Shown piece after piece: positions 20,169-29,732 of a stretch of 50,054 nucleotides of DNA. How positions within the stretch are numbered: the first letter of the stretch is position 1; each line of letters opens with the position of its first letter. The position numbers and the translations under genes are program-made. The stretch is from Promethearchaeota archaeon (lineage in GTDB: Archaea > Asgardarchaeota > Lokiarchaeia > Sigyniarchaeales > SOKP01), in the NCBI GenBank assembly GCA_019894975.1, contig JAGXNO010000027.1, forward strand, positions 1 through 50,054, read 5' to 3'. The notes beneath the pieces were generated by a model, which saw only the letters and a program-made list of their open reading frames with translations, was not told the origin of the DNA and ran no database searches.

Positions 20169-20345
20169 ATGTCAAAAGTGGGAGAAAAATTAGTCTGTAG
20201 TGTTTGCGGTAGAGAACAAGAGGTCCCGACCTGCTGTGAAAAGTCGATGATAGTTAAAAATGGGTATTTATTGTGTTGCTGTTCAGATGAATGTGGGTAT
20301 CAACCAATTCCTGACTGTTGTGGTCAAAAGATGGTATATACTTAA
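20169..20345 (+). CDS. 58-aa Cys-rich small metalloprotein (tandem desulforedoxin-like or metallothionein-like)
   Basis: Not in ORF track. ATG 20169 overlaps an AGGTGA; translation is MSKVGEKLVCSVCGREQEVPTCCEKSMIVKNGYLLCCCSDECGYQPIPDCCGQKMVYT*, with 10 Cys. Confidence 0.82.
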   Translation: MSKVGEKLVCSVCGREQEVPTCCEKSMIVKNGYLLCCCSDECGYQPIPDCCGQKMVYT

Positions 20346-20386
20346 CAATAAGAAAATAAAAGAAGAAAAATTCATAAAAAAAAAAT

Positions 20387-21964
20387 TTACCACATTAAGT
20401 TTGCAATTACGTCTTTTGCAGTTTCTGCTTGTTTCTTACCTAATATTTTACGAATTCTCAAGTCATTTATCGAATCCTCTAAGCGAGTATCAAGATTTTT
20501 CATTTCCATTAGGTTATTCTTATCTCCCTGAGTTTCTACTAAGTCAATCATCGCATTATCTTTATTCATTAAATCTCTGATTTTCTGCCTAAAACTTGCT
20601 TTGACCTTTGTTCTCACAGGCTTACCCTTTTCAATTAGTATAGGTAATATTGGTGCTCTTTCAGTACTACTATTAGTATTGGGATTGGTGAAATAAAAAA
20701 TGTAAATCGGAATTCCAACCACAACATTTTGCGTTTTTAACTCGAGAGTATAGTTACTAAAAAAGTTTTGAACACCAGTCATTTCTACGTCCTTAATACT
20801 TTCAATATTATCTAAGGATGATTGTTTTTCAGTTTTAATTTGAGCAACAGTTCCTTCAGCTGAACTTAAATCTTTACTTAACCCAGAGTGCTTTGCATCA
20901 ATTTGCTTCTCAACTTCAGATTTTTTGCGCTCCAATTCCCTAATTTTCTGCTGTTTTGTCTTTTCCAGATCAGAAATTTCACGTTGCACATTTTTCCTCA
21001 GTTGATCAATTTCATTCTTGTAACGTGTTATCGAATTCCCTAAATCTCGATATTTACTATCAATATCTTTTAAAGCTTCTTCGGATAGAAAAAGATCTCT
21101 TTGATTTAATGCATTCCTCATACTATCAACACTGCCTTTAAGATCACTAATATTATTGTTTAATTCACCAGTTTTATCGTTGATTTTATACTTCCCACTC
21201 TTTACTAATTCTTCAGGAGATGATTCGATCTCTCGTTCTTTCTCTGCTTGTAGCTCTTTATTAAGTACTGCTAATTGTTTTTCTTCTTCACCAGTATCAA
21301 CTTTAGTATCTCTAATTTTATCAGCGTCTTTACCTCCTTTTTGGATCCATTTTTCACATAATTTTGTAATGGCATCTCCAAAAGTCTCAAGAAGTTGAAC
21401 ATCTTTTTGAGATACATATTCAGGGATGTCGTTTACAATTCTAGTTTGATTTACGCTTTTAGAGATAGGACCTCCTTCGAGAAGAAAGTAAGGCGAGGGG
21501 TGAGCACTTAAATTGTATTGGTTGAGGAAGAAATTCTGAAAATAGCCAATTTCATTAATATTGAAGAGAGCTTCCTGGATTACCAGCCCTCTTTTAAAGT
21601 TCTTGGATCTTTTTAAATAAGTAGTATTATATTGCTGTAATGAACTAAGAAAACTTTCTGGATCTGCTCCTTTAATTACTGCTTCGGGTCTAGGGGGCAT
21701 TTGTGAAAATTTTCCTATGTTTAATTTTTCTTGCTTGTTATAAAGATAACTCATTACACAGGTTCTAGTATCAGATAAAGGACTTAATCGAACTGGCCAA
21801 ATTGCCATTGAAATCTTTGACAATTTTCCCATCTTTTTAAGACTTTTACTATAGATTCCAACACATTCAATTAAAGCCATTGCCAATTCATTTAATATCG
21901 CAGCTTGGCTTCTTGCAGAAGTTATTTCGTCTAAATTTATTAAGAAAGGACATACTTTATCCAT
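20387..21964 (-). CDS. Hypothetical protein with long central coiled coil
   Basis: 525-aa ORF; about residues 225-390 are E/K/Q-rich and heptad-like, flanked by globular-looking ends. Confidence 0.75.
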   Translation of the reverse strand: MDKVCPFLINLDEITSARSQAAILNELAMALIECVGIYSKSLKKMGKLSKISMAIWPVRLSPLSDTRTCVMSYLYNKQEKLNIGKFSQMPPRPEAVIKGADPESFLSSLQQYNTTYLKRSKNFKRGLVIQEALFNINEIGYFQNFFLNQYNLSAHPSPYFLLEGGPISKSVNQTRIVNDIPEYVSQKDVQLLETFGDAITKLCEKWIQKGGKDADKIRDTKVDTGEEEKQLAVLNKELQAEKEREIESSPEELVKSGKYKINDKTGELNNNISDLKGSVDSMRNALNQRDLFLSEEALKDIDSKYRDLGNSITRYKNEIDQLRKNVQREISDLEKTKQQKIRELERKKSEVEKQIDAKHSGLSKDLSSAEGTVAQIKTEKQSSLDNIESIKDVEMTGVQNFFSNYTLELKTQNVVVGIPIYIFYFTNPNTNSSTERAPILPILIEKGKPVRTKVKASFRQKIRDLMNKDNAMIDLVETQGDKNNLMEMKNLDTRLEDSINDLRIRKILGKKQAETAKDVIANLMW

Positions 21965-22127
21965 TTTTGAATCACTTGATATTTCTATATTATTTCTATA
22001 TTTTGTTTTAATAATTAAAGTTTTGGTTTTAACTCAACTATAGGGGGTCTTTATTATAATTTTAAATAGAGTGAAAGAAAATTATAATCATTAACAAAAT
22101 GATAATATTAAATATTAATATTGGTGT

Positions 22128-22943
22128 ATGGTAATGGAAAGATTTTTAGAAGGAAAAGGCTGCCTTATAACAGGAGGTGCATCTGGTTTTGGGAGAGCAG
22201 TGGCCTATGAATTTGGTAAAATTGGAGCAGATTTAATTTTAGTTGACATAAATGAAGAATTGCTTTATGAAACAAGTAAAAATGTAGAAAAAGAAACGAA
22301 CCAAAAAGTAATCCCTATAGTATGTGATGTATCAGATGCTAAGCAGGTTAAGCAAATGACAGAACAATCTTTTACTGAATTAGATAATGTATATATCTTA
22401 TTTAATAATGCAGGGACTGGAACAAGTTATGGTGTCGATATACTAAAAATAGGGGAAAAAGCATATGATTTAACCATGAACGTTAATCTTAAGGGACAAT
22501 GGTTGATTGATAAATTTGTATGCCGAAAGATGAATAGACAGAAATTTGAGCCATTGAAAGGTAAGGTTATACATACAACATCGATTGCGGGTAATATAGT
22601 AGACCCCCTTCTTCCTGTTTATAGCTTAAGCAAGATAGGAGTAATAGGATTGACTCAACTTGTAGCCAAAAGCCTTGCTCCATATATTACTTCTAATGCA
22701 ATAGCACCTGGTTTTCATGTCACAGGTATTTATGGAAATAGAGAGGATATAATGATTCAGACTATGAAAGATGCCAATGTTAAAACTCCATTAAATAGAA
22801 TAGGAATGGTACAAGATGTTGTCGATTTGATGATCTTTTTAGCTTCCCATAGGAGTAACTTTATCACGGGTCATATTTTTCCTATCGATGGAGGTATTGC
22901 TGATGTCGGTGTTGCACCAAATACATTAAAATCGGATATTTAA
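22128..22943 (+). CDS. Classical SDR oxidoreductase
   Basis: TGGASGFG, NNAG, YSLSK, IAPG, ITGHIFPIDGG. Confidence 0.92.
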   Translation: MVMERFLEGKGCLITGGASGFGRAVAYEFGKIGADLILVDINEELLYETSKNVEKETNQKVIPIVCDVSDAKQVKQMTEQSFTELDNVYILFNNAGTGTSYGVDILKIGEKAYDLTMNVNLKGQWLIDKFVCRKMNRQKFEPLKGKVIHTTSIAGNIVDPLLPVYSLSKIGVIGLTQLVAKSLAPYITSNAIAPGFHVTGIYGNREDIMIQTMKDANVKTPLNRIGMVQDVVDLMIFLASHRSNFITGHIFPIDGGIADVGVAPNTLKSDI

Positions 22944-22980
22944 TTCATTTTGGAAATAATAGTTTAAAAATCATAATGAG

Positions 22981-23382
22981 TTGAATTTTATGAATATAAT
23001 AATAGCAGGATTACAGATTTTTATTGCGGTCGGTTTTATTGGATTTTGGATTTATTTTTTCATCTTTGAAAATAAAAAACCTGATCAAAGAGAGGGATAT
23101 CTTGAATTCGAAAGATCTTTCCCATTGGCAGATTTAGGATGGGCTGTGCCTGTTTTAATTATAAGTGCGATAGGCCTAATTATGGAAAATAAGATTGGTG
23201 AGATTTTCTCTATTGCGGGAGGAAGTGCCTTAATTTTCTTGGGATTGCTTGATATTTCACATAATTTACAATTTGGAGGGTATACGGGGAATAAGTTTGA
23301 TATAGCTTTAAACCTCATAGTGAATTTATTTTGTATTATTTTTGGTCCAATTTTTATGATTTATGGTTGGTTGAATATATAA
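22981..23382 (+). CDS. Small 4-TM membrane protein
   Basis: Four hydrophobic segments and a FERSFPLAD motif; co-oriented between two SDRs. Confidence 0.75.
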   Translation: MNFMNIIIAGLQIFIAVGFIGFWIYFFIFENKKPDQREGYLEFERSFPLADLGWAVPVLIISAIGLIMENKIGEIFSIAGGSALIFLGLLDISHNLQFGGYTGNKFDIALNLIVNLFCIIFGPIFMIYGWLNI

Positions 23383-23400
23383 AACTAAAGGAGGATTAAA

Positions 23401-24255
23401 ATGTTTAAAGAAAAATTGATAAAAAAACAGCCTTTTAAAAACAAGTGGGCATTAATATGTGGAGGTTCAAAAGGAATCGGAAAAGCTGTAGCTAAAGAGA
23501 TTGTCCGATTAGGAGGAAACGTATGTGTTTTAGCCAGAGATTTAGTGTTTTTAAAAAGAGCAGTTGATGATATAAGTGAATTCAAAGCTAATTCTGAGCA
23601 AAAGATTGAGATAATTTCTTGCGATACAAGAGATATGGAAAAGTTAAAAGTATTAATTGTTGAATTTATTGATATAAACGGTATTCCCGATTACCTTTTA
23701 AATTTTGTAGGGATTTCTTTTCCAGATTATCTAGAAAATCTTACAATAGATGATTTCAAAAAACATATGAATACAAATTTCTATGGTCAGTTAAATCCTA
23801 TCCTAATACTATTACCTTTTTTTAAAGAAAACAAAGGAGGTTACATTGTTAACGCTTCCTCTGTTTCGGGCTATATCGGTCAAATGGGATACGCTGCTTA
23901 TACACCCACCAAATTTGCAATCCTAGGACTTTCTGAATCTTTAAGACATGAATTAAAACCTTATAATATCAATATATCTGTCATATGTCCTCCTGACACA
24001 GACACGCCAGGGCTCCAAGAAGAATTAGCAACTAGACCTGAAGAATTAAATATAATTTCAGAAAGTTGGGGCGGATTGTTGAGTCCTGAAAAGGTAGCAG
24101 AGAAATACATAAAAGAATTATTAAAGAAAGAATTTTACATAATGCCTGGATCCTCAAAATTCTTATGGAGAATTATGAGATTATTCCCAAAATTGGTTCA
24201 TAGGATTAGTGATAGAGATCTTAGGAAAGCAAGAAAAAAGCTAGGGAAAAATTAA
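23401..24255 (+). CDS. SDR oxidoreductase, KDSR/TSC10-like subgroup
   Basis: GGSKGIG, YTPTKFA, ELKPYNI, PPDTDTPG. Confidence 0.85.
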   Translation: MFKEKLIKKQPFKNKWALICGGSKGIGKAVAKEIVRLGGNVCVLARDLVFLKRAVDDISEFKANSEQKIEIISCDTRDMEKLKVLIVEFIDINGIPDYLLNFVGISFPDYLENLTIDDFKKHMNTNFYGQLNPILILLPFFKENKGGYIVNASSVSGYIGQMGYAAYTPTKFAILGLSESLRHELKPYNINISVICPPDTDTPGLQEELATRPEELNIISESWGGLLSPEKVAEKYIKELLKKEFYIMPGSSKFLWRIMRLFPKLVHRISDRDLRKARKKLGKN

Positions 24256-24257
24256 TA

Positions 24258-25364
24258 ATGAGAAAGATAGGATTCATCATCAATCCAATTGCAGGAATGG
24301 GAGGCAGTGTTGGTCTTAAAGGAACGGATGGAGATATCTATAAGGAGGCTTTAAAGAGGGGTGCTAAACCAATAACTCCAAAAAGAGTAAGTGAGTTATT
24401 ATCCTATTTAATTCACAAGGAAAGAATTTTTATGTTAGTAGCACCTGGAAACATGGGTGCGGATGTTATCGAAGGTAAAAGCATCAAATTTAAGATTATA
24501 GGTGATATTGGTGAGACAACATCGGCAAATGATACAAAAAGAATAGCAAAGCAGATGGTTAAAGAGGGAATAGAACTACTAATTTTTTGTGGTGGAGATG
24601 GGACTGCAAGAGATATCTATGACGCAATTGGATTAGAAAGACCAGTAGTTGCTGTACCTGGAGGTGTTAAAATGTACAGTTCGGTTTTTACATTTAATCC
24701 TAAAGCAGCCGCTCAAATCATTGATGGATTTCTAGAGGATTTTATTGAGACTGAAGATAGAGAGATTTTAGATATTGATGAGGAGCTTGTAAGAAAAGAC
24801 ATGCTAAAAGCAACCATGTATGGCTATTTAAAAGTGCTTACATTCAGAAACTTAATCCAAGCAGGGAAAGAAGGTTCAAAATTAGGAAGGACAATTGAAG
24901 AAAATAAGCAAGAAATTGCTCAATGGATAATTGAAGATATGAAAGAAGATACACTCTATTTGTTAGGACCAGGAACTACAGTAAAAGCTATTACAGACAA
25001 TCTAGGGTTACCCAAAACTCTACTTGGTATCGATGCAATTATCAATAAGAAATTTAAAGGAAAAGATTTGAATGAAAAAGGTATTCTTAAATTGCTAGAG
25101 GCGTTCGATGATGCTGAGATTATAATTTCTCCTATAGGAGGTCAAGGTTTTATTTTTGGGAGAGGAAATAAACAATTTACTTCAAAAGTTATTAAAAAAG
25201 TAGGGAAAAAGAATATTAAAATAATTTCTACTGATAATAAAATAAGAAATCTACGTTGTTTAAGAGTAGACACAGGGGATGCTAATTTTGATACAGAACT
25301 TAAAGGACTTGTAAAAGTAATAAAAGGCTATAAAGAAGTATCAGTTATACAAATTGAATGTTAA
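24258..25364 (+). CDS. ATP-NAD kinase-like protein (COG3199 type)
   Basis: INPIAGMGGSVGLKGTDG, GGDGTARD, GVKMYSSVF, GQGFIFGRGN, LRVDTGD. Confidence 0.88.
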   Translation: MRKIGFIINPIAGMGGSVGLKGTDGDIYKEALKRGAKPITPKRVSELLSYLIHKERIFMLVAPGNMGADVIEGKSIKFKIIGDIGETTSANDTKRIAKQMVKEGIELLIFCGGDGTARDIYDAIGLERPVVAVPGGVKMYSSVFTFNPKAAAQIIDGFLEDFIETEDREILDIDEELVRKDMLKATMYGYLKVLTFRNLIQAGKEGSKLGRTIEENKQEIAQWIIEDMKEDTLYLLGPGTTVKAITDNLGLPKTLLGIDAIINKKFKGKDLNEKGILKLLEAFDDAEIIISPIGGQGFIFGRGNKQFTSKVIKKVGKKNIKIISTDNKIRNLRCLRVDTGDANFDTELKGLVKVIKGYKEVSVIQIEC

Positions 25365-25447
25365 GATCAAATTACAAATTATATTTAGAAGGACTTAACT
25401 TATAAAATGATTATAGATTTTTAGAGATCGTATTAATAAAATCTTAA

Positions 25448-26572
25448 TTGGTTCTCATGGATAAAATAGATGTAATTAATAAAGCATTAGAATTGGGATT
25501 CGAAGACATCGGATTTACAACAGTTGAACCATTTGATTCCCAAAAAGAAATCCTTGATTCTAGACGAGAGGAATATGCATGGACGATGAAGAAAGGATTT
25601 GACCTTAGAAAAGGACTTGATCCGAAAAATATTTTACATGATGGTAAATCGATAATTGTATTAATTGATGTTTATTTTAAAGAAGCCTTTCCAACTCAGA
25701 TGGAGGGATATTTTGGGAGGTGTTATCAAGATGATGACCGCATTACAAAAGGTCAACTATATCAACGTATTAAAGCTTTCCGTGTGTTCTTGCGGGATAA
25801 TGGAATTGATTCTAGGGCACCATTTAATATTCCACACCGACTAACTGCAACTAGGGCAGGAGTGGGAACATTCGGTAAGAATAACTTTCTCTATTCACGA
25901 AAAGTAGCAAAAAAGAGTTCTTGGATTTCCCCTATTCCTTTAATTGTAGACTATGTTTTCGAGCCAGATCAGCCTACAGTTGAAGTGGGATGTCCAAAAT
26001 GGTGCAAAAATACTTGTATAGCTTCTTGTCCTACTGGAGCCCTTAGTTCGCCAAATAAGATTGACCCTCGGAAATGTATCTCTTATCTCAGTTATTATCA
26101 AGAAGGAATTACTCCGGTAGACATTCGTGAACAGTTAGGAACTTGGATCTATGGATGTGATCGATGCCAAGAAGTCTGCCCCCGCAATAGACTGTGGCTT
26201 TCTCAATCCTTACCTACTAATGAAAGAGTTGCTGCTAAAGAAACGGATTTCGATTTAATACAATTACTTCATATGAACCGAGATTATTATAAAACAAATA
26301 TTTGGCCTCATATGTTTTATATGTCCTTAAATGAGATATGGCGCTGGAAAATGAATGTAGCAAGGGCTATGGGTAACTCTATAGACATCAAGTATATCCC
26401 CGAGTTAATTAAAGCTTTTGAAGAAAATGATGACGAAAGGGTTAAAGGAATGATAGCTTGGGCTCTTGCACGCCTTGGAGGTGCCGAATCTAAGTTGGCT
26501 TTAGAAAGGTTTCTCCCGAGTAGCAATGGTTTAGTTAAAGATGAAATATTGAATGCACTAAACCAATTTTGA
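25448..26572 (+). CDS. QueG-like cobalamin/2x[4Fe-4S] reductase with C-terminal HEAT-like repeats
   Basis: AGVGTFGKNN, CPKWCKNTCIASCP, CISY, YGCDRCQEVCP, NVARAMGN...AWAL. Confidence 0.82.
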   Translation: MVLMDKIDVINKALELGFEDIGFTTVEPFDSQKEILDSRREEYAWTMKKGFDLRKGLDPKNILHDGKSIIVLIDVYFKEAFPTQMEGYFGRCYQDDDRITKGQLYQRIKAFRVFLRDNGIDSRAPFNIPHRLTATRAGVGTFGKNNFLYSRKVAKKSSWISPIPLIVDYVFEPDQPTVEVGCPKWCKNTCIASCPTGALSSPNKIDPRKCISYLSYYQEGITPVDIREQLGTWIYGCDRCQEVCPRNRLWLSQSLPTNERVAAKETDFDLIQLLHMNRDYYKTNIWPHMFYMSLNEIWRWKMNVARAMGNSIDIKYIPELIKAFEENDDERVKGMIAWALARLGGAESKLALERFLPSSNGLVKDEILNALNQF

Positions 26573-27547
26573 TTAAATCTTCTTATGCTCCTTTAATATT
26601 TTTATAAGTAGTTTATCCCTGAACATTCTTAAAGATTCATTGGTTCTCCCAAACTCAGGAGATCTATTTTCCATTTCTTTATCTACCTCTCCTTGAATAA
26701 AATCAGCATACACTTCCAATTCTTTAACTGCTTCCTCACTTTTATCTTCTAGGTTTGCTTTCCCGATATGCAATGTTAGACCTTTAATTCCGTCTGCTCC
26801 TCCTCCTAATTGAAAAATTAAATAGGGTCCCATAGTAGCCCATCTTAAACCTGGTCCAAAACTAACAGCTTTATCAATATCTTCTACCGTGCACACCTCA
26901 TTTTCTAGTAACTCAGAGCATTTTTCTGATACAGCTTTTTGAATTTGATTTGCTACAAAACCGGGAACATCTTTTTTCAAGAGTATAGGAACCTTACCTA
27001 TTGATTCATAGAATTCCTTAGCGATTTCTGCTGATTTTACAGATCCCTTATTTCCTTCTGGAATTGTAATTTCTACCAAAGGTATAAGATGAGGAGGATT
27101 AAAGGGATGAGCTCCAATGCATCTTTTTGAAAGATTAGAAAACTTAGCGATTTCGCTTATTAAAAGATATGAAGTACTACTTGCATAAATTGCTTCAGGC
27201 TTAGCATAGGTATCAATTTCAGTTAGATACTTTTGTTTTACCTCTAAATCTTCTATCATCGCTTCTTGAATAAATTCTACATCTTTTACAGCGTCCTCAA
27301 TGTATGTTGTGTAAGTAACCAGTTCTAGCATTTGAGGTATCTCTTCTTTCCTAAATATACTGTTATCCGCTAAACCCTCAAGATGCTTTTCAATTGATTG
27401 TTTTGCTGACTCTTCTTCTTCACCCGTGTACAACCATAAGTTCACGGGATAACCCTTCCAAATAAAATTAGCTACCCAACTATTCCCAACAACGCCTGCT
27501 CCAAGAACGGCGATTTTCTTAATATCTTCTGCTTCCATTTTTAACAT
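26573..27547 (-). CDS. 3-hydroxyacyl-CoA dehydrogenase family (carnitine/L-gulonate dehydrogenase-like)
   Basis: GAGVVG, QEAMIE, ASSTS, AHPFNPPHLIPLVE, PGFVANQIQ, GPGLRWA. Confidence 0.88.
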   Translation of the reverse strand: MLKMEAEDIKKIAVLGAGVVGNSWVANFIWKGYPVNLWLYTGEEEESAKQSIEKHLEGLADNSIFRKEEIPQMLELVTYTTYIEDAVKDVEFIQEAMIEDLEVKQKYLTEIDTYAKPEAIYASSTSYLLISEIAKFSNLSKRCIGAHPFNPPHLIPLVEITIPEGNKGSVKSAEIAKEFYESIGKVPILLKKDVPGFVANQIQKAVSEKCSELLENEVCTVEDIDKAVSFGPGLRWATMGPYLIFQLGGGADGIKGLTLHIGKANLEDKSEEAVKELEVYADFIQGEVDKEMENRSPEFGRTNESLRMFRDKLLIKILKEHKKI

Positions 27548-27644
27548 TACTTCCTAGTGAATTAACTATCTAATGTAAAATAATATTAATTAAATATTCT
27601 TCATAAAAGTTATTTATCCAATCAATAATATAAGGAGAATTTTA

Positions 27645-28487
27645 ATGGTAAAGAAAATAAATGACATTTCTGTAATAGGAGCCGGTTATTTGGGTAAGCA
27701 GATAATAGAGAAATCTCTTTTATACAATTATAATATTAAAGTCTTTGATACCAACACCAGAGATTTAAAACAGTTTATAGAAGAGATGAGAAAAAAAATA
27801 ACTGAAAAAAAACTGAAAGCAACTATAACACCTTATCCTTCAATTTCTGAAGCTGTAAAAGAGGTTGATCTTGTGATTGAAGCTGTACCCGAACAACTTG
27901 AGTTAAAAAAAGAAGTTTTTTCAGAGATCGAGAAAGAAGCTTTACCTAATACAATAATAGCTACAAATAGTTCTTCAATACCGGTCTCAAAAATAGAAGA
28001 TGCTGTTAAGAGAAAAGATAAAGTCATAAATATTCACTTTTATGATCTGTTTAGAATGCCACTTGCAGACATTATGCGAGGAACTCAGACTAGCGACGAA
28101 ACATTTGAAAAAGGAAAGAAATGGTTAGAAAGTATTGACATTACTCCTCTTGAAGTAAAAAAGGAATGCTATGGTTTTGTAATGAATAGGATATGGAGAG
28201 CTATTAAAAAGGATTGCCTTAAGATATGGGCGGGAGGGCATGCTGATATCGAAACAGTTGATAAAGCATGGAAAACTTTTTGTCAATTTTTCGTTAATAC
28301 AAATTTTGGACCCTTCTATTTCATGGATCGAATTGGATTAGACGTCGTTTACGATATCGAAATGTCTTATTTTAAAAATAGTGGTATCCCTGATGACAAA
28401 CCCCCAGATAAACTGAAGGAAATGGTTGAAAGAGGAGAAATGGGTGTAAAATCTGGTAAAGGTTTCTATAATTACAAGATTAAATAA
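27645..28487 (+). CDS. 3-hydroxyacyl(butyryl)-CoA dehydrogenase family
   Basis: GAGYLG, IEAVPEQLELK, ATNSSS, GFVMNR, GPF..MDRIGLD, GVKSGKGFY. Confidence 0.9.
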   Translation: MVKKINDISVIGAGYLGKQIIEKSLLYNYNIKVFDTNTRDLKQFIEEMRKKITEKKLKATITPYPSISEAVKEVDLVIEAVPEQLELKKEVFSEIEKEALPNTIIATNSSSIPVSKIEDAVKRKDKVINIHFYDLFRMPLADIMRGTQTSDETFEKGKKWLESIDITPLEVKKECYGFVMNRIWRAIKKDCLKIWAGGHADIETVDKAWKTFCQFFVNTNFGPFYFMDRIGLDVVYDIEMSYFKNSGIPDDKPPDKLKEMVERGEMGVKSGKGFYNYKIK

Positions 28488-28553
28488 GTTTTTTTTCTAT
28501 TTTTAATTTAAAAAAGTAATCCTTATAGTCTTATTTTTTAGTTACTATCACAA

Positions 28554-29270
28554 ATGTCAGAAAAAAGAAAAAAAGATATATCACGAATCAAAGAACTGGA
28601 AAGCATTAATTTAGCTACTGAAGAGAACAGAGATCTTGTAGTACAAACTAAAAGAGAAGTGGAAAAAGATAACGAACTTTTGGCTCAACAGAATAACGAA
28701 GAATTGAAGGAATATAATATTAAATCAATAGATATTGTCGGTGCTATTGGTGCCGGTAAGACATTATTAATTGAAAAAATTGTTGAAGCATTATCAAAAA
28801 AATATAGAATTTTAGTAATTTGTGGTGATATTACAACTAGAATTGATGCAGATAGGATACAAGCACATAATGCAGAGACAATTCAAATAAATACTGGAAG
28901 GGAATGTGCATTAAATGCATATCACATTCACCAGATTATTGAAAATAAGGATTTAAATAGTTTTGATTTGTTGTTTGTTGAAAATGTTGGAAATTTAATA
29001 TGTCCATCAGACTTTACTCTTGGTACTGATAAACGCATAACTGTAGTTTCCACAACTGAGGGTGAATGGGTAATAGAAAAACACCCTATGCTTTTTAAAA
29101 TGTCGCATGTAGCAGTAATTAACAAAATCGATTTAGCAGAAAGACTAGGGACTAATATCCAAAAAATGATAGATGATGCTAAGGAAATAAATCCTGATAT
29201 CGAAGTTATTACTACGAGTGCTAAAACCGGAAAAAATATTGATAAATTAATTGAAATATTAGAATTGTAA
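28554..29270 (+). CDS. hypB: Hydrogenase nickel incorporation GTPase HypB
   Basis: GAIGAGKT, QINTGREC, ENVGNLICP, NKID, SAKTG. Confidence 0.9.
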   Translation: MSEKRKKDISRIKELESINLATEENRDLVVQTKREVEKDNELLAQQNNEELKEYNIKSIDIVGAIGAGKTLLIEKIVEALSKKYRILVICGDITTRIDADRIQAHNAETIQINTGRECALNAYHIHQIIENKDLNSFDLLFVENVGNLICPSDFTLGTDKRITVVSTTEGEWVIEKHPMLFKMSHVAVINKIDLAERLGTNIQKMIDDAKEINPDIEVITTSAKTGKNIDKLIEILEL

Positions 29271-29283
29271 AATCCTATTCGAA

Positions 29284-29715
29284 TTGATAAAAATGAAAGA
29301 TGAATTAAAGCAATTAGAGCATTTACTTAATAATGAAAATTTAGATCTTCGAAAAATTCAAGAATTTAAAACTTATCTCTTACAAGATCATATTAAGGGG
29401 TTAAAAATTGAAAATTATATAGGAGATTATCCTACGTTCTTGGAACCCGTTATTCTTGGCGATTGTGTCAAGATTGGAGATGATGTTCTTATTGGCCCAA
29501 AGGTTTACATAGGAGATAACTCAGAAATTCAAGATTATGCAGAAATTTCAAATTCAATTATATTTAATGATGTAAAGATTGGAAAAAATTTCAAATTAGA
29601 TAATTGTATAATTCTAAAAGATAGTCACCTAAATTTTGATAATTTTAGTGGTACTAATTGTATTTTAAAAGGAAATGCAGAAACTAAAGATTCTCTGGAA
29701 ATCATTCCACTTTAA
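29284..29715 (+). CDS. Left-handed beta-helix (hexapeptide repeat) protein resembling NDP-sugar synthase C-terminus
   Basis: PVILGDCVKIGDDVLIGPKVYIGDNSEIQDYAEISNSII repeats. Confidence 0.78.
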   Translation: MIKMKDELKQLEHLLNNENLDLRKIQEFKTYLLQDHIKGLKIENYIGDYPTFLEPVILGDCVKIGDDVLIGPKVYIGDNSEIQDYAEISNSIIFNDVKIGKNFKLDNCIILKDSHLNFDNFSGTNCILKGNAETKDSLEIIPL

Positions 29716-29732
29716 GTTAAAGAAATTCTCTT

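Noticed and set aside
20260-20580. 106-aa + strand ORF in the track
   Set aside because: It overlaps the better-supported Cys-rich ORF in another frame and runs antisense into the 525-aa gene; the composition is not protein-like.
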